Assembly (NCBI GenBank): GCA_949291455.1
Contig: CASEVQ010000001.1
Span: forward strand, 1,703 to 65,702
Direction of reading: 5' to 3'
Length of the DNA stretch: 64,000 bases
Source: an uncultured bacterium
GTDB lineage: Bacteria > Bacillota_I > Bacilli_A > RF39 > UBA660
A program made the translations under genes and the position numbers. The notes beneath the pieces are model-generated. The model searched no databases and was not told where the DNA came from. It saw nothing but the letters and a program-made list of their open reading frames with translations. Positions 35,181 through 47,281 of the stretch are shown one piece after another. The first letter of the stretch is position 1; each line of letters starts with the position of its first letter.

Positions 35181-36442
35181 CTTCTACTATATCCTTTTTT
35201 ATAATTTCTTGTAAGTAAGCTTCCTTCTAGTTGTCTATATGTTTCTAGTGCAACACCAACAACGATAAGTAAACTAGTACCACCAACAGATACAGATGAA
35301 GAAAGTCCAGTCAAAGCAGAAAATATTATTGGTAGTGCAGATATAATAACCAAGAATAATGCACCAAAAACAGTTAATCTTGATAATACTTTCGAAATAT
35401 AATTTTCAGTGTCTTTTCCAGGTCTTACTCCTGGAATAAAACCACCATTATTTTTTAAATTCTTTGCAAGTTCTTCTGGTCTTAATTGAATAAATGTATA
35501 AAAATATGCAAAGAAATATATTAATAATACAAATATTACAAACCCAATTGGTTTTGTATATGTTAAATAATTACTAACAAAATTTGAAAATCCACTATTA
35601 TTTACAAACTGTGCAATAACTGCTGGTATTGTAAGTAAGCTTGATGCAAATATTACTGGTACAACTCCAGCTGTATTAATTTTTATAGGCATATATGATT
35701 GATTAGCACCAAATACACTAGTAGACTTATTTGCATATTGAATTTGAATTCTTCTTTCTGCTTCTTGCATAAAGATAACTCCAATTACAACTAGGAAATA
35801 TATTATTACAAAAGCTATAAAAATAGCAATTCCAATAGCTTTTGAATAAGTATCAGCCAATATAAGTTCTTCAAAAGCAGTAACAAACATTGCAGGAAGT
35901 GTTGCAATAATACCAGCCATGATAATTAATGACATACCATTTCCTAACCCTTTTTGAGTTATTTGATCACCCAACCATAACAAGAATGCTGTACCTGCTG
36001 TTATAACAGTAGCAACATACATATAATCTATAGTACTCTTACCATCTCCTAAAAATGCTATAGCAAAAACAAAACCTTCAATAAATGCAAATATAATTCC
36101 CATATATCTAGTTATTTTATTAATCTTTTGACGACCAATAGGTCCTTCATCTTTTAATTCACTAAAATATGGAACAATGTCCATTTGTAACAACTGCATA
36201 ATAATTGAAGCAGTAATGTATGGCATTACACCTAATGAAAATATTGAAAATTTTTGCATTGCACCTCCGGTAAACGCATTTAATGTACCGAAAGCAGTAG
36301 ATGACATATCTAAATTAGGAGTACCTGGTATTTGAATATATGTTCCTATAATAAACAATGCTAACGCACCTAATGTAAATAATATTCTTGTTCTTAAATC
36401 TTTGTTAGTAGGTGCAAATAATTGTTTCAAAGTTTGAAACAT
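35177..36442 (-). CDS. secY: preprotein translocase subunit SecY
   Basis: 421-codon polytopic ORF in the canonical rplO-secY-adk position, with SecY-like conserved blocks. Confidence 0.93.
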   Translation of the reverse strand: MFQTLKQLFAPTNKDLRTRILFTLGALALFIIGTYIQIPGTPNLDMSSTAFGTLNAFTGGAMQKFSIFSLGVMPYITASIIMQLLQMDIVPYFSELKDEGPIGRQKINKITRYMGIIFAFIEGFVFAIAFLGDGKSTIDYMYVATVITAGTAFLLWLGDQITQKGLGNGMSLIIMAGIIATLPAMFVTAFEELILADTYSKAIGIAIFIAFVIIYFLVVIGVIFMQEAERRIQIQYANKSTSVFGANQSYMPIKINTAGVVPVIFASSLLTIPAVIAQFVNNSGFSNFVSNYLTYTKPIGFVIFVLLIYFFAYFYTFIQLRPEELAKNLKNNGGFIPGVRPGKDTENYISKVLSRLTVFGALFLVIISALPIIFSALTGLSSSVSVGGTSLLIVVGVALETYRQLEGSLLTRNYKKGYSRR

Positions 36443-36443
36443 A

Positions 36444-36887
36444 TTACATCACCTCGAATTTACTTCCTGACGCTTCTATTTTTTCTAATGCTGTCTTTGA
36501 AAACTTATTAGCTTGAATAGTTAATTTCTTTTCAAGAATTCCATTCCCTAAAACTTTAATTCCATCAAGTTGTTTTTTTACTAACCCTACTTCCTTCAAT
36601 AAAGCAGGAGATACAACAGTACCATCTTCAAATCTATTTAAATCACCAACATTAATAACTGCATATTTAATTGCAAATTCATAATTATTAAATCCTCTTT
36701 TTGGAAGGCGTCTATACAATGGTGTTTGTCCACCTTCAAATATAGCTCTTACTCCTCCACCACTTCTAGCATTTTGTCCTTTATGACCTTTACCACTTGT
36801 TTTACCTAAACCTGAACCTCTACCACGACCAACTATTTTTCTTTTATGAGTAGCTCCAATATTTTTTTCTAATTCATGTAATTTCAT
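36444..36887 (-). CDS. rplO: 50S ribosomal protein L15
   Basis: MKLHELE...[19 protein letters not shown]. Confidence 0.95.
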   Translation of the reverse strand: MKLHELEKNIGATHKRKIVGRGRGSGLGKTSGKGHKGQNARSGGGVRAIFEGGQTPLYRRLPKRGFNNYEFAIKYAVINVGDLNRFEDGTVVSPALLKEVGLVKKQLDGIKVLGNGILEKKLTIQANKFSKTALEKIEASGSKFEVM

Positions 36888-37396
36888 TATCCTAAAATCT
36901 CCTCTACTGTTTTTCCTCTTAGTTTAGCAATATGTTCAGGTGTTTTAATTTGCTTTAAAGCATCAAGTGTAGCATTAGCCATATTATTTTTAGTTCTAGC
37001 TCCAAGTGATTTAGATAAAATATCACGAATACCAGCAAGTTCAAGAACAGCTCTTACAGCTCCACCAGCAATAACACCTGTACCAGCAGAAGCAGGTCTT
37101 AATAAAACTTTAGCAGCTCCTCTTGTTCCTACAACTTCATAAGCAATTGTTCTATCTTCAGTTAAAGGTACTTTAATTAAATTTTTGTTAGCATCTTGAA
37201 TAGCTTTCTTTATAGCATCTGGTACTTCATTTGCTTTTCCCATTCCTAGTCCAACTTGACCATGTCTATCCCCAACAACAACAGTAGCAGAAAATCTTCT
37301 TTGTCTACCACCTTTATTAACTTTAACAACACTCTTAATTTCAACAACTTGTTCTTCTAAAGTTTTTGCTTTTGGGTCATTATTTTTATTTTGCAT
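36887..37396 (-). CDS. rpsE: 30S ribosomal protein S5
   Basis: [31 protein letters not shown]. The stop overlaps the rplO start, leaving no room for rpmD. Confidence 0.95.
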   Translation of the reverse strand: MQNKNNDPKAKTLEEQVVEIKSVVKVNKGGRQRRFSATVVVGDRHGQVGLGMGKANEVPDAIKKAIQDANKNLIKVPLTEDRTIAYEVVGTRGAAKVLLRPASAGTGVIAGGAVRAVLELAGIRDILSKSLGARTKNNMANATLDALKQIKTPEHIAKLRGKTVEEILG

Positions 37397-37410
37397 AAAT
37401 TACCCTCCTT

Positions 37411-37773
37411 TTAGAATTCTAAACCATTTTCACGTGCTGCTTCTGCCAAAGCTTTAACACGTCCATGATAAAGATATCCACCTCTATCAAACACAATTTT
37501 TTTAATATTTGCTTTTTTTGCTTCTTCTGCAATTTTTGCACCAACTTTACTTGCAGCTTCTACATTACTTCCATTAGTTAATTTTAGATCTTTGTCAAGT
37601 GATGAAGCACTAACTATTGTAGTACCAGATTCATCATCAATAATTTGTGCAAAAATATTTGAATTTGATCTAAACACATTAAGTCTTGGAACAGCACTTG
37701 TACCATGTACATCTTTTCTTACTCTTTTGTGTCTTTCAACACGCATAGCATTTCTTGATTCTTTCTTAATCAT
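37411..37773 (-). CDS. rplR: 50S ribosomal protein L18
   Basis: RHKRVR..V.GT...PRL.VFRSN..I.AQIIDD and [16 protein letters not shown]. Confidence 0.95.
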   Translation of the reverse strand: MIKKESRNAMRVERHKRVRKDVHGTSAVPRLNVFRSNSNIFAQIIDDESGTTIVSASSLDKDLKLTNGSNVEAASKVGAKIAEEAKKANIKKIVFDRGGYLYHGRVKALAEAARENGLEF

Positions 37774-37798
37774 AAGTAACTTCTCCTTATCTTATATT

Positions 37799-38329
37799 TT
37801 AAGCAGCTTTTTTACCTTCCTTACGAATAATGTGTTCGTCTTTATAACGAATACCTTTTCCTTTATAAGGTTCAGGTTGTCTAACTTTTCTAACATTTGC
37901 TGCAAATTCTCCAACTTTTTCTTTATCGATACCTCTTATAGTAAGTTCTGTATTACTAGGTAACTCAATTGTAATACCATTAGGAATTTGCATTTCAACT
38001 GGATGAGAATATCCAGCACTAATAACTAGTACATTTCCTTTTTGAGAAAAACGATAACCTACACCAACAATCTCTAAAGCTTTTTCAAAACCTTTAGTAA
38101 CACCTAATATCATATTATTGATATTAGCATTAATTGTTCCATGCATTGGTTTAAAATTATCATTATTTCTTAAAACTTCTATAGTATTATTCTCTATATT
38201 AACAGTAATACCATTTACTAAACTAGTAGTAAGTTCACCCTTAGGTCCAATAACTTTTACTATTCCATTTTCTTCAGTAATTGTAACACCACTAGGTATT
38301 TCAATTTTTCTATTTCCTATACGACTCAT
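37799..38329 (-). CDS. rplF: 50S ribosomal protein L6
   Basis: MSRIGNRKIEIPSGV and PEPYKGKGIRY. Confidence 0.95.
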   Translation of the reverse strand: MSRIGNRKIEIPSGVTITEENGIVKVIGPKGELTTSLVNGITVNIENNTIEVLRNNDNFKPMHGTINANINNMILGVTKGFEKALEIVGVGYRFSQKGNVLVISAGYSHPVEMQIPNGITIELPSNTELTIRGIDKEKVGEFAANVRKVRQPEPYKGKGIRYKDEHIIRKEGKKAA

Positions 38330-38353
38330 TTCAAGGCCTCCTTACTTTACAGA

Positions 38354-38755
38354 TTACCAAATATAAGCTAAAACTTCTCCACCAAGATTTTGTTTACGAG
38401 CTTCTTTATCTGTCATAATACCTTTTGAAGTAGAAATAATTGCTATTCCTAATCCATTTAATACTTTAGGTACTTCATCACTCTTAACATAAACTCTCAA
38501 TCCTGGTTTAGAAATACGCTTCAATCCAGTAATTACTCTTTCTTTTTTATTTCCATATTTAAGTGTCAATTCAATAGTCTTTTGAACATTTTCACTAGAA
38601 ACTTTATAGTCTTTAATAAATCCTTCTTCTTTTAAAATTTTTGCCATTTCTATTTTTAATTTAGAAGCAGGAATGGTTACCTCAGCATAACCCATTGAAT
38701 TTGCATTACGAATACGTGTTAACATATCTGCAATTGTATCAGTTACTACAGCCAT
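38354..38755 (-). CDS. rpsH: 30S ribosomal protein S8
   Basis: [13 protein letters not shown] and GGEVLAYIW. Confidence 0.95.
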   Translation of the reverse strand: MAVVTDTIADMLTRIRNANSMGYAEVTIPASKLKIEMAKILKEEGFIKDYKVSSENVQKTIELTLKYGNKKERVITGLKRISKPGLRVYVKSDEVPKVLNGLGIAIISTSKGIMTDKEARKQNLGGEVLAYIW

Positions 38756-38775
38756 AATAAAATCCTCCTTCCCAA

Positions 38776-38961
38776 TTACCAGCTTGATTTCTTAATTCCT
38801 GGTATTTGTCCTTTATAAGCTAATTCTCTAAAGCAAATACGGCATATTCCAAATTTACTCATAACTGCATGAGGTCTACCACATCTTTTGCAACGAGTAT
38901 ATTCACGAACTTTAAACTTTTGCTTTTTATTAGCTTTAACAATCATACTTTTTTTTGCCAT
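38776..38961 (-). CDS. rpsN: 30S ribosomal protein S14, zinc-binding type Z (61 aa)
   Basis: MAKKSMI.K and the CxxC...CxxC pair (CKRCGRPH...CRIC). Confidence 0.95.
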   Translation of the reverse strand: MAKKSMIVKANKKQKFKVREYTRCKRCGRPHAVMSKFGICRICFRELAYKGQIPGIKKSSW

Positions 38962-38975
38962 TATTTACCCTCCAA

Positions 38976-39515
38976 TTACTTTCTAAATGGAATTCCAAGT
39001 TCACTTAATAAATCATAAGCTTCTTCATTAGATTTTGCAGTTGTTACAAATACAATATCCATTCCACGTACTTTAACAACATTATCATATTCTATTTCTG
39101 AAAATATTAATTGTTCCTTAATTCCTAAAGTGTAATTACCTCTACCATCAAAAGCTTTAGGTGAAACACCCCTAAAATCACGAACACGAGGTAAACCAAT
39201 TGAAACTAACTTATCCATAAAGTTATACATATTATCCCCTCTTAAAGTAACCTTACAACCGATTGATTGACCTTCTCTTACTTTAAATCCAGCAATAGAT
39301 TTTTTTGCTTTTGTAACAACTGGTTTTTGTCCTGAAATAACTTCAAGATCTTTTACTGCTGCATCTAATAATTTAGAATTTCCAGTAGCATCACCAACAC
39401 CCATATTAATAACAATTTTCTCTAACTTAGGAACTTCCATAACAGTTTTATAATTATGTTTTTTCATTAAACTTGGAACAATTTCATTTAAATATTTTTC
39501 TTTTAGGCGGTTCAT
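38976..39515 (-). CDS. rplE: 50S ribosomal protein L5
   Basis: Canonical uL5 blocks ([19 protein letters not shown]), in the rplX-rplE-rpsN order. Confidence 0.95.
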   Translation of the reverse strand: MNRLKEKYLNEIVPSLMKKHNYKTVMEVPKLEKIVINMGVGDATGNSKLLDAAVKDLEVISGQKPVVTKAKKSIAGFKVREGQSIGCKVTLRGDNMYNFMDKLVSIGLPRVRDFRGVSPKAFDGRGNYTLGIKEQLIFSEIEYDNVVKVRGMDIVFVTTAKSNEEAYDLLSELGIPFRK

Positions 39516-39534
39516 AAATTAATCCCTCCTTTCA

Positions 39535-39840
39535 CTAATCAATCTTTTCGTTAGATTTCTTAGCTACTCTAACTTTCTTATCATTTTCTATAGTATGCCC
39601 TATTCTAGTTCTTTTTTTAGTTTTAGGGTCAATAATCATAACATTAGAAGCATGAATTGGAGCTTCAGTTTCAAGAATACCTCCTGTTTCTTGCCCATTA
39701 CCTTTTTTATGTTTTTTAACTATATTGCATCCTTCAACTATAACTCTATTTTCAGCTCTTAAAACTTTTGTAATTTTACCTTCTTTACCCTTACTAGATC
39801 CAGCAATTACTATAACTTTATCTCCTACTTTTAAGTTCAT
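39535..39840 (-). CDS. rplX: 50S ribosomal protein L24
   Basis: [23 protein letters not shown] motif. Confidence 0.95.
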   Translation of the reverse strand: MNLKVGDKVIVIAGSSKGKEGKITKVLRAENRVIVEGCNIVKKHKKGNGQETGGILETEAPIHASNVMIIDPKTKKRTRIGHTIENDKKVRVAKKSNEKID

Positions 39841-39849
39841 AATATCCTC

Positions 39850-40218
39850 CTATAGTACTTCCTTAGCTAGTGATACAATCTTCATAAAATCTTTATCACG
39901 AAGTTCTCTAGCTACAGGGCCAAAAATACGAGTTCCTACTGGACTCTTATCATCTTTAATAATAACACAAGCATTATCATCAAATTTAATATAAGAACCA
40001 TCTTCTCTTCTTAATCCAAATGTTGTTCTAACAATTACAGCTTTAACAACTTTTCCTTTTTTTACAGTTCCATTAGGTGTGGCATTTTTAATCGTACCAA
40101 CAACTATGTCACCGATATTACCAGTTTTAACTTTGCTTCCACCAAGTACTCTAATTACTAATAATTCTCTAGCACCTGAATTGTCAGCAACTTTTAAACG
40201 ACTTTCTTGTTGAATCAT
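39850..40218 (-). CDS. rplN: 50S ribosomal protein L14
   Basis: [18 protein letters not shown]. Confidence 0.95.
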   Translation of the reverse strand: MIQQESRLKVADNSGARELLVIRVLGGSKVKTGNIGDIVVGTIKNATPNGTVKKGKVVKAVIVRTTFGLRREDGSYIKFDDNACVIIKDDKSPVGTRIFGPVARELRDKDFMKIVSLAKEVL

Positions 40219-40242
40219 AATTAATCCTCCTTCACCTAAGAG

Positions 40243-40500
40243 TTATAAAATAACTGCTTCCTTTACTATTTCTTTTAAGTAGAATCTTTTAGTTTTAGAA
40301 ATTGGTTTAGTTTCGACAATTCTAACAACATCTCCTACTTTTGCTTTATTGCTTTCATCATGAACTGCATATTTCTTTGAAGACTTAACTCTTTTACCAT
40401 ATAATGGATGTTTTTTATAAGTCTCAACTAATACAGTTATTGTTTTATTATTTACAGAACTTACAACTTTTCCAACTAATTCTCTCTTTGTCTTTTCCAT
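40243..40500 (-). CDS. rpsQ: 30S ribosomal protein S17
   Basis: GKVVS....KTI.V.VE....HPLYGK. Confidence 0.95.
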   Translation of the reverse strand: MEKTKRELVGKVVSSVNNKTITVLVETYKKHPLYGKRVKSSKKYAVHDESNKAKVGDVVRIVETKPISKTKRFYLKEIVKEAVIL

Positions 40501-40508
40501 ATACCCTC

Positions 40509-40709
40509 CTACTCAGTCTCACTTAATTCTCTTTCACGAAGTACTGTTTTAAGTCTTGCAACAAGATGTCTTAATTCTCTGATTCTTGAAGGTTTTTCTA
40601 AATTACCAGTTGCTTGTTGAAAACGTAAATTAAATAATTCTTCTTTTGTTTCTTTGATTTTAGCAATAATTTCTTCAGTGGTTAGATTTCTAATTTCATT
40701 AACCTTCAT
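40509..40709 (-). CDS. rpmC: 50S ribosomal protein L29
   Basis: [15 protein letters not shown]. Confidence 0.95.
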   Translation of the reverse strand: MKVNEIRNLTTEEIIAKIKETKEELFNLRFQQATGNLEKPSRIRELRHLVARLKTVLRERELSETE

Positions 40710-41130
40710 TTATATCACCACCATTTTCTTTACTCACAAACTTAGTCTTGATTGGTAGTTTATGTGATGCAAGACGTAATGCTTCTCTTGCAACATCCTC
40801 AGTAACATCTGATATTTCAAACATAATTTTACCAGACTTAACTACAGCTACCCAAGCCTCCACATTACCTTTACCTTTTCCTTGACGTGTACCAAGTGGT
40901 TTTCTAGTTAAAGGCATGTGTGGAAAAATATTAATAAAAACTCTTCCTCCACGTTTCATATAACGTGTCATAGCAACACGTGCTGCTTCGATTTGATTAG
41001 CAGTAATCCAAGCACCTTCTACTGCCATTAAACCATATTGTCCGTTATGTAATTCAGTATTACCTTTTGAATGACCTTCATAAGGTAATCTATGTACACG
41101 ACGATATTTAGTTCTTGATGGTATTAACAT
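40699..41130 (-). CDS. rplP: 50S ribosomal protein L16
   Basis: [14 protein letters not shown] and RQGKGKG..E.WVA.V. Confidence 0.95.
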   Translation of the reverse strand: MLIPSRTKYRRVHRLPYEGHSKGNTELHNGQYGLMAVEGAWITANQIEAARVAMTRYMKRGGRVFINIFPHMPLTRKPLGTRQGKGKGNVEAWVAVVKSGKIMFEISDVTEDVAREALRLASHKLPIKTKFVSKENGGDINEG

Positions 41131-41132
41131 AA

Positions 41133-41786
41133 TTAATTACCTCCTTTAGCCTTTTTATCTTGAAGAATTTCTCCTTTGTAGATCCATACTTTAACACCAA
41201 TTTTACCAAAAGTAGTATCAGCTTCACTAACTGCATAATCAACATTAGCTCTCAAAGTATGTAATGGAATTGTTCCCTCAGAATATCCTTCACTACGTGC
41301 AATATCTGCACCATTTAATCTACCAGAAACTAAAGTCTTAACTCCTTTAGCTCCAGCTTTCATAACATTTCTAATAGCTTTCTTTTGAGCCATTCTAAAA
41401 GATGCACGATTTTCAATTTGCGCTGCAATACTATTTGCAACAAGAGTAGCATCTAAATCAGGCTTTTTAATGTCTACAATTGAAATTTGAACATCTTCAT
41501 TAACCAACTTAGAAATTTCTCTTTTCAAACTTTCTATTTCTTCTCCACCTTTTCCAATAATAACACCAGGCTTAGAAGTATGAATTACAACTTCACATCT
41601 TTTTGTATTTCTTTCAATTTCTACAGAACTAACACCAGCATCTTTTAATTTTTTCTCTAGGAATTTACGAATTTTTAAATCATTCTCTAAATACTTACTA
41701 AAATCTTTTTTGTTAGCATACCAATTAGCTTCCCAACTTCTGTTAATTCCAATTCTAAGTCCAACTGGACTAACTTTTTGTCCCAT
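41133..41786 (-). CDS. rpsC: 30S ribosomal protein S3
   Basis: [14 protein letters not shown] and the KH domain. Confidence 0.95.
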   Translation of the reverse strand: MGQKVSPVGLRIGINRSWEANWYANKKDFSKYLENDLKIRKFLEKKLKDAGVSSVEIERNTKRCEVVIHTSKPGVIIGKGGEEIESLKREISKLVNEDVQISIVDIKKPDLDATLVANSIAAQIENRASFRMAQKKAIRNVMKAGAKGVKTLVSGRLNGADIARSEGYSEGTIPLHTLRANVDYAVSEADTTFGKIGVKVWIYKGEILQDKKAKGGN

Positions 41787-41804
41787 ATTAACCTCCTTAT
41801 CAGA

Positions 41805-42155
41805 TTATTTTTCAGCCACAACTATAACAATGTGACTAGTTCTTCTATCTTTGTGTCCTATATGACTTCTTGAATCAAACATATGTCTTTTCATAACAGG
41901 ACCAGCGTCTACTCTAGCTTCTTTAACGTACAATTTATTTTCATCTAATTTAAAGTTATTAACAGCATTTGCTATAGCTGAATTTAAAACTTTAAGAATA
42001 AGCTTACTAGATTGTTTATTTCTATTATTCAATATATTTAATGCAACACTAACATCTTTACCACGTATTAAATCAATAACAAGCCTTGCTTTAATAGGTG
42101 ATATTCTAAGAGATTTTACAATTGCTTTAGCTTCCATTCTTTCCCTCCTAGTCAT
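41805..42155 (-). CDS. rplV: 50S ribosomal protein L22
   Basis: uL22 blocks (SPIKARLVIDLIRGK) in the canonical position. Confidence 0.95.
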   Translation of the reverse strand: MTRRERMEAKAIVKSLRISPIKARLVIDLIRGKDVSVALNILNNRNKQSSKLILKVLNSAIANAVNNFKLDENKLYVKEARVDAGPVMKRHMFDSRSHIGHKDRRTSHIVIVVAEK

Positions 42156-42424
42156 TATTTATTTTTGTCTTCGCCATGACCACCAAATTTACGAGTTAAG
42201 GCAAATTCTCCAAGCTTATGTCCCACCATATCTTCTGTAACATAAACTGGAATAAATTCTTTACCGTTATGAACTGCAAATGTATGTCCTATAAAGTCAG
42301 GATATATTGTAGAACGGCGTGACCAAGTTTTAATAACTTCTTTTTTTCCACTTTTATTTAGTTCTCTTACTTTATTTAATAATCTTTCAAATACATAAGG
42401 ACCTTTTTTAAGACTTCTTGCCAT
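42155..42424 (-). CDS. rpsS: 30S ribosomal protein S19
   Basis: [10 protein letters not shown] and [21 protein letters not shown]. Confidence 0.95.
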   Translation of the reverse strand: MARSLKKGPYVFERLLNKVRELNKSGKKEVIKTWSRRSTIYPDFIGHTFAVHNGKEFIPVYVTEDMVGHKLGEFALTRKFGGHGEDKNK

Positions 42425-42438
42425 AAATAATCTCCTTC

Positions 42439-43266
42439 CTAATTACTGCGACGACGCACAATTAATTTATCTGATGCTTTTTTCTTTCTAGTTTTATAAC
42501 CTAATGCTGGTTTACCCCAAGGTGTAACTGGGCCTTTACGACCAACAGGTGCACGACCTTCTCCACCACCATGTGGGTGATCATTAGGATTCATAACAGA
42601 ACCGCGTACTGTAGGTTTAATACCTAAATGACGTTTTCTTCCAGCTTTACCAAGCTTAACTAATTCATAATCTTCGTTTCCAACAACACCAATAGTCGCA
42701 TAACAAGTTCCTAAAACCATTCTTTGTTCACCACTAGATAAACGAAGCATAACATAATTTCCTTCTCTACCTAATATTTGTGCACTAGAACCTGCACTTC
42801 TAGCAAGTTCTCCACCTTTTCCAGGTTTAAGTTCAATATTATGAATAACAGTTCCTACTGGAATATTCATTAAAGGAAGTGCGTTACCAACTTTAATATC
42901 AGCATTATCAGATGAAATAACTTCCATACCAACTTTTAAATCCTTTGGTGCAATAATATATCTTTTTTCTCCGTCAACATAATTAATTAAAGCAATATTA
43001 GCACTTCTATTTGGATCGTATTCAATAGTAGCTACTTTACCAATAATATCCTTTTTATTTCTTTTAAAATCAATTATTCTATATTTTCTCTTAACACCGC
43101 CACCATGATGTCTAACAGTAATTTTACCTTGATTGTTACGACCACCATTCTTGTTTAAACTAACTAACAAACTTTTTTCAGGAGTATCTGTAGTAATTTC
43201 TTCATTAACTAGAGAACTCATCTTACGTCTTGCATTAGTAGTTGGTTGATAATTTCTAATTGCCAT
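42439..43266 (-). CDS. rplB: 50S ribosomal protein L2
   Basis: HHGGG.KR.YR.IDF and [14 protein letters not shown]. Confidence 0.95.
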   Translation of the reverse strand: MAIRNYQPTTNARRKMSSLVNEEITTDTPEKSLLVSLNKNGGRNNQGKITVRHHGGGVKRKYRIIDFKRNKKDIIGKVATIEYDPNRSANIALINYVDGEKRYIIAPKDLKVGMEVISSDNADIKVGNALPLMNIPVGTVIHNIELKPGKGGELARSAGSSAQILGREGNYVMLRLSSGEQRMVLGTCYATIGVVGNEDYELVKLGKAGRKRHLGIKPTVRGSVMNPNDHPHGGGEGRAPVGRKGPVTPWGKPALGYKTRKKKASDKLIVRRRSN

Positions 43267-43280
43267 AAGTAATCCTCCTT

Positions 43281-43565
43281 CTAGCCAAGATCAATAGTCT
43301 GACCATCAGCTAATTTAACAATAGCTTTTTTAGCTCTATTGCTAACGCCAGCATAACGTCCAACTCTTCTTTTCTTAGGCTTAATATTCATTGTAGAAAT
43401 TTCTTCTACTTTAACTTTAAAAATTTTCTCAATAGCATTTTTAATTTCTGTTTTAGTAGCTTTTGAATCTACTTTAAACACATATTTACCCTCTTCTTGA
43501 GTAATTTTTGAACTTTTTTCAGTAACTATTGGTGCCTTTATAATTTCCAAATATTTTGTATCCAT
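43281..43565 (-). CDS. rplW: 50S ribosomal protein L23
   Basis: uL23 blocks in the canonical position between rplD and rplB. Confidence 0.95.
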   Translation of the reverse strand: MDTKYLEIIKAPIVTEKSSKITQEEGKYVFKVDSKATKTEIKNAIEKIFKVKVEEISTMNIKPKKRRVGRYAGVSNRAKKAIVKLADGQTIDLG

Positions 43566-43566
43566 A

Positions 43567-44187
43567 TTATTTTAGCACCTCCTCTATAGAACTTAATGCA
43601 TCTTTAGTAATCAAAACTTTATCAGCAGCAACTAAATCTAAAACATTTATTTCACTAGCTTCTATTAATAAAACATTTGAAATATTTCTAGATGCAAGTA
43701 TCAAATTTTCATCAAGTTCTTTAACAACAATCAACGTATTTACATTATTTAGATTTAATATAGTTAAAATTTTAACCATATCTTTTGTTTTTGGTGTAGC
43801 AACAGATAACTCATCTACTACAACAAAATCTTTAATTTTACTAACAACAGCACTCTTAAGAGCAAGACGGCGTTCTTTACGATTCATTTTCTTGCTGTAA
43901 TCTCTTGGGACAGGTCCGAAAGCTATCCCCCCGCCTCTCCATTGAACAGCTCTAATAGATCCTTGACGTGCGTGTCCAGTACCTTTTTGTCTCCAAGGTT
44001 TTCTTCCTCCACCACTAACTTCAGAACGAGTTTTAGTGCTATGAGTACCTTGTCTTAATGATGCACGAGACAAAATAATAGCATCATATAAAACTTTTTT
44101 ATTTGGTTCTATACCAAAAATATCTTCGTTTAATTTAATATCTTCAACTTTTTCACCTTTTATATTTAAAAGTGCAACTTTTGTCAT
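43567..44187 (-). CDS. rplD: 50S ribosomal protein L4
   Basis: [22 protein letters not shown]. Confidence 0.95.
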   Translation of the reverse strand: MTKVALLNIKGEKVEDIKLNEDIFGIEPNKKVLYDAIILSRASLRQGTHSTKTRSEVSGGGRKPWRQKGTGHARQGSIRAVQWRGGGIAFGPVPRDYSKKMNRKERRLALKSAVVSKIKDFVVVDELSVATPKTKDMVKILTILNLNNVNTLIVVKELDENLILASRNISNVLLIEASEINVLDLVAADKVLITKDALSSIEEVLK

Positions 44188-44242
44188 CTATAATTCCTCC
44201 CTTCATCATATTTAATTAAAACTTAGAAATTAACTATGACGA

Positions 44243-44971
44243 TTATTCTCCAACTTTTTCTTCTTTAGACTCTTCTGAAACAGTAACATCATTTTTTTCT
44301 TCAACTAATTCATAAGAAATTAACTCAAGAGCTTCATTAGACTTTTCACCGTTTTTTACAGAAGTTTTAATCATAACTAAAGATTTTTTTGGACCAGGAA
44401 CATTACCTTTAATTAAGATAACATTATTTTCTAAATCAACAGATACAACTTCCAAATTTTGAATTGTCGTTGCAACATTACCCATATGCCCTGGTAATTT
44501 TTTTCCTTTTAATACATGCATTGGTAATAGTGTTCCAAGAGAACCTACACCTCTATGATACTGTGAACCATGTCCCATAGGCCCACGACTTTGATTATAA
44601 CGTTTAATAACTCCTTGAAAACCTTTTCCTTTACTTATACCATTAACATCAACAATTTCTCCTTCTTTGAACAAATCTACTGATATTACTTGACCTAAAG
44701 TATAGTCATTAACGTTTACTCCTCTAAGTTCTTTTAAGAAGCGCTTAGGAGTAGTATTTGCTTTTTTTGTATGACCAATTTTTGCTTTATTAGAACTTTT
44801 TTCTTTAACAGTAACAGCACCCAATTGAATTGCGTCATAACCATCTTTTTCTTTAGTCTTAATTTGAGTTACAACATTAGGTTCTACTTCTACAACTGTT
44901 ACAGGTACAAGTTTTCCGTTTTTAGTAAAAACTTGAGTCATACCAATTTTTCTACCTAAGATTCCTTTCAT
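44243..44971 (-). CDS. rplC: 50S ribosomal protein L3
   Basis: Start moved to [15 protein letters not shown] (ATG 44971), with GGGAGG 7 nt upstream. FQGVIKRYN block. Unusual acidic C-terminal extension. Confidence 0.93.
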   Translation of the reverse strand: MKGILGRKIGMTQVFTKNGKLVPVTVVEVEPNVVTQIKTKEKDGYDAIQLGAVTVKEKSSNKAKIGHTKKANTTPKRFLKELRGVNVNDYTLGQVISVDLFKEGEIVDVNGISKGKGFQGVIKRYNQSRGPMGHGSQYHRGVGSLGTLLPMHVLKGKKLPGHMGNVATTIQNLEVVSVDLENNVILIKGNVPGPKKSLVMIKTSVKNGEKSNEALELISYELVEEKNDVTVSEESKEEKVGE

Positions 44972-44991
44972 TTCATTTCCTCCCACTAAAA

Positions 44992-45297
44992 TTATTGTTT
45001 AATTTGAATGTCAACCCCGCTAGGAAGTTCTAAGTGTGCTAAAGCATCGATAACTTCCTTACTTGGATTTTTAACATCAATTAATCTCTTATGCGTACGC
45101 ATTTCAAATTGTTCACGTGAATCCTTATATTTATGTACAGCTCTTAAAATAGTAAACTTTTCTACATCTGTTGGAAGTGGAACAGGACCACTGATAACTC
45201 CACCAGTTCTTTTTATAGTTTCAACTATTTTTGTTGCAGCATTATCAAGAACTCTATGATCATATGCTTTTAATTTAATACGAATAATATTTGACAT
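44992..45297 (-). CDS. rpsJ: 30S ribosomal protein S10
   Basis: [14 protein letters not shown] and GPVPLPT. Confidence 0.95.
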   Translation of the reverse strand: MSNIIRIKLKAYDHRVLDNAATKIVETIKRTGGVISGPVPLPTDVEKFTILRAVHKYKDSREQFEMRTHKRLIDVKNPSKEVIDALAHLELPSGVDIQIKQ

Positions 45298-45451
45298 ATT
45301 AAATCCTCCTCTCGCCTATATCGTCGTATAGACTTGCTCCGTGTAAATAACCTGAATTATTCCTAGCAACTTTGCCTGGCGTATCAGCAACCTCACACAT
45401 CTAAGCAGCCACACGTCTAAAAGTATACCATATCCATAGCCTTAAAATCAA
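45298..45451 (-). promoter_or_regulatory. S10-operon promoter and GC-enriched structured 5' leader
   Basis: On the minus strand: TTGATT (45451-45446), an 18-nt spacer, then an extended -10 TGGTATACT (45427-45422). A ~115-nt leader follows that is visibly GC-richer than its surroundings, with complementary segments (CGTGT/ACACG, TTGCTG/CAGGCAA, CTATA/TATAG next to the RBS GAGAGGAGG). Confidence 0.55.
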
Positions 45452-46577
45452 GCTTTTTTTAACATTTTTTCATAAAAAAATGTTGTTGTTTTTCATATGT
45501 AAATTAAATTTGAAAGTACACAATTGTTATACAGTTAATTTTATAATGGTAATTATACCAAGCAATTTGTTTGTTATTTAAAGGATGAATATTATCACAC
45601 AAATTATTATTATCTTTCTTATAAAGAAAAAACATTGAAGATAGTTTAAAAAGTATTAACCAAATTTTAATTAAATTAAATAAATTTCCATTCAACTATT
45701 TAAGAGAAATAAGTAGAAATAAAGTTTCTTCTAAACCAAGTGATTTTAATAAATTTCACAAAAAAAGGTAAATTATAACAAATTAAAAACACCCCTTATT
45801 TTCAGAATAGTTGGAAATCTAGAAGTTACTATTGAAAAGAAAAATATACTTATTAGCTAATAATTAACAAAAAAATTAATTATCACTTGCATACAATGTA
45901 TAAATCTAATAGAAAAAAATTTATAATACCAAAAATGAGATTAATTCACTTACTAAAAAAGAAAAACTACGAATCATTTATACATTAATCATCCTAAAAT
46001 TCTATTTTTTTTAAAGCATCTTTCTATAATTACATTAATAATAGTGTATTTGAATTTGGACCTTTAGATTTTACTAGAATTGGTAAACCAAAAGAAAAAC
46101 ATGAAATGATTGTAAATGAAAATGTGGCAATAGGATTATTTAAAATGAAATGATAAAAATAATGTTAAAGGATAATTAAATCTAGCAATTGAAAACAATA
46201 TAATAAATTAATAAAAAAACAAAAATATAAAATTCCTATTAGAAAATATAAAAAATATAAAGTACGATTAGCTCTTATAATAAAAATAGTTATAACCAAT
46301 TGAGTAATATTTAATATATAAACACAATGCTTGAATATCAGATGAACTTTGTCATGAAATGAAAGAGTTAAAACAGAAAATTGTTCATAATAAAAACTAC
46401 ACAATTCCTTGTATAGTTTCTTAAATTGGTAATATTTGGGGTTCTACACATCGTTATTGGCTCTATAAATATCATAATAGTCTACTAAAATATAATTTCT
46501 ACTATCAAAAAATATGAAGTCTTTCATTTTTTCGTAAAAAAAACAATTTATTGTAAAAAGTTGCAAATGTTTTAAAA

Positions 46578-46922
46578 TTATATCTTATACATTTTGTTGA
46601 TAAGTAGCTTTGTCTTCAAAAAGAAATAATTTCCGTTCTTCAAAATATACTTATCATAATCACCATGCTCAACTTTAACAAGATCTTCTAAATTGATAGA
46701 TAAAAATGGTTCCTTACTTTTTAAGTAATTCATTCCCCTTGATATTCTCATAACTTCTCGATAATCATCACTTAGATAATCAAGCAAGATTAATCTAAAA
46801 TTTGTTAATATTATACTTATATTTTTTTCAGTTCCATCACATAACAATATACAATCATCTTCAATCAAATCAATTATTTCATGTTCCATTTTTTCAAAAT
46901 TATACATATTAATCATCTCCAC
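46578..46922 (-). CDS. hypothetical protein
   Basis: 114-codon ORF with no recognisable motif. Confidence 0.45.
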   Translation of the reverse strand: MEMINMYNFEKMEHEIIDLIEDDCILLCDGTEKNISIILTNFRLILLDYLSDDYREVMRISRGMNYLKSKEPFLSINLEDLVKVEHGDYDKYILKNGNYFFLKTKLLINKMYKI

Positions 46923-47281
46923 TTCATCACGGAAAATAAATAGTTATAAATTTAGATAAACTGCGTCACACAATTATACTAATATGATAATGATATTCCA
47001 CCCATTCCATTATTAAACGATATAACTCCTCCTAATCCTGATGAATTAAAAGTATAACTATGTACACATCATTATAACAGGCTATTAAATTATTCTGTAA
47101 CTTATGAATAAAACCTATTCCATAATAATTATCAACGCTAACAAATTTTTCTTATTCCATGCGGAATTGCCATAATTAAAAGTATTACGAAATGTTGATA
47201 GAGATATAACATTGCACTCATAAATAGACAAAAGCGTATATGTATAAGTAACTTATCAAGAATTTTTATATTCATAAAATA

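Noticed and set aside
36444-37396. Possibility that rpmD was merely missed by the ORF finder.
   Set aside because: The rpsE stop and the rplO start share position 36887, so no intergenic space exists for a hidden ORF.
45504-46404. ORFs 45504-45695 and 46165-46404 (minus strand).
   Set aside because: They lie in a very AT-rich spacer, give Ile/Leu/Phe/Asn/Tyr-rich low-complexity products, and have no RBS and no operon logic.
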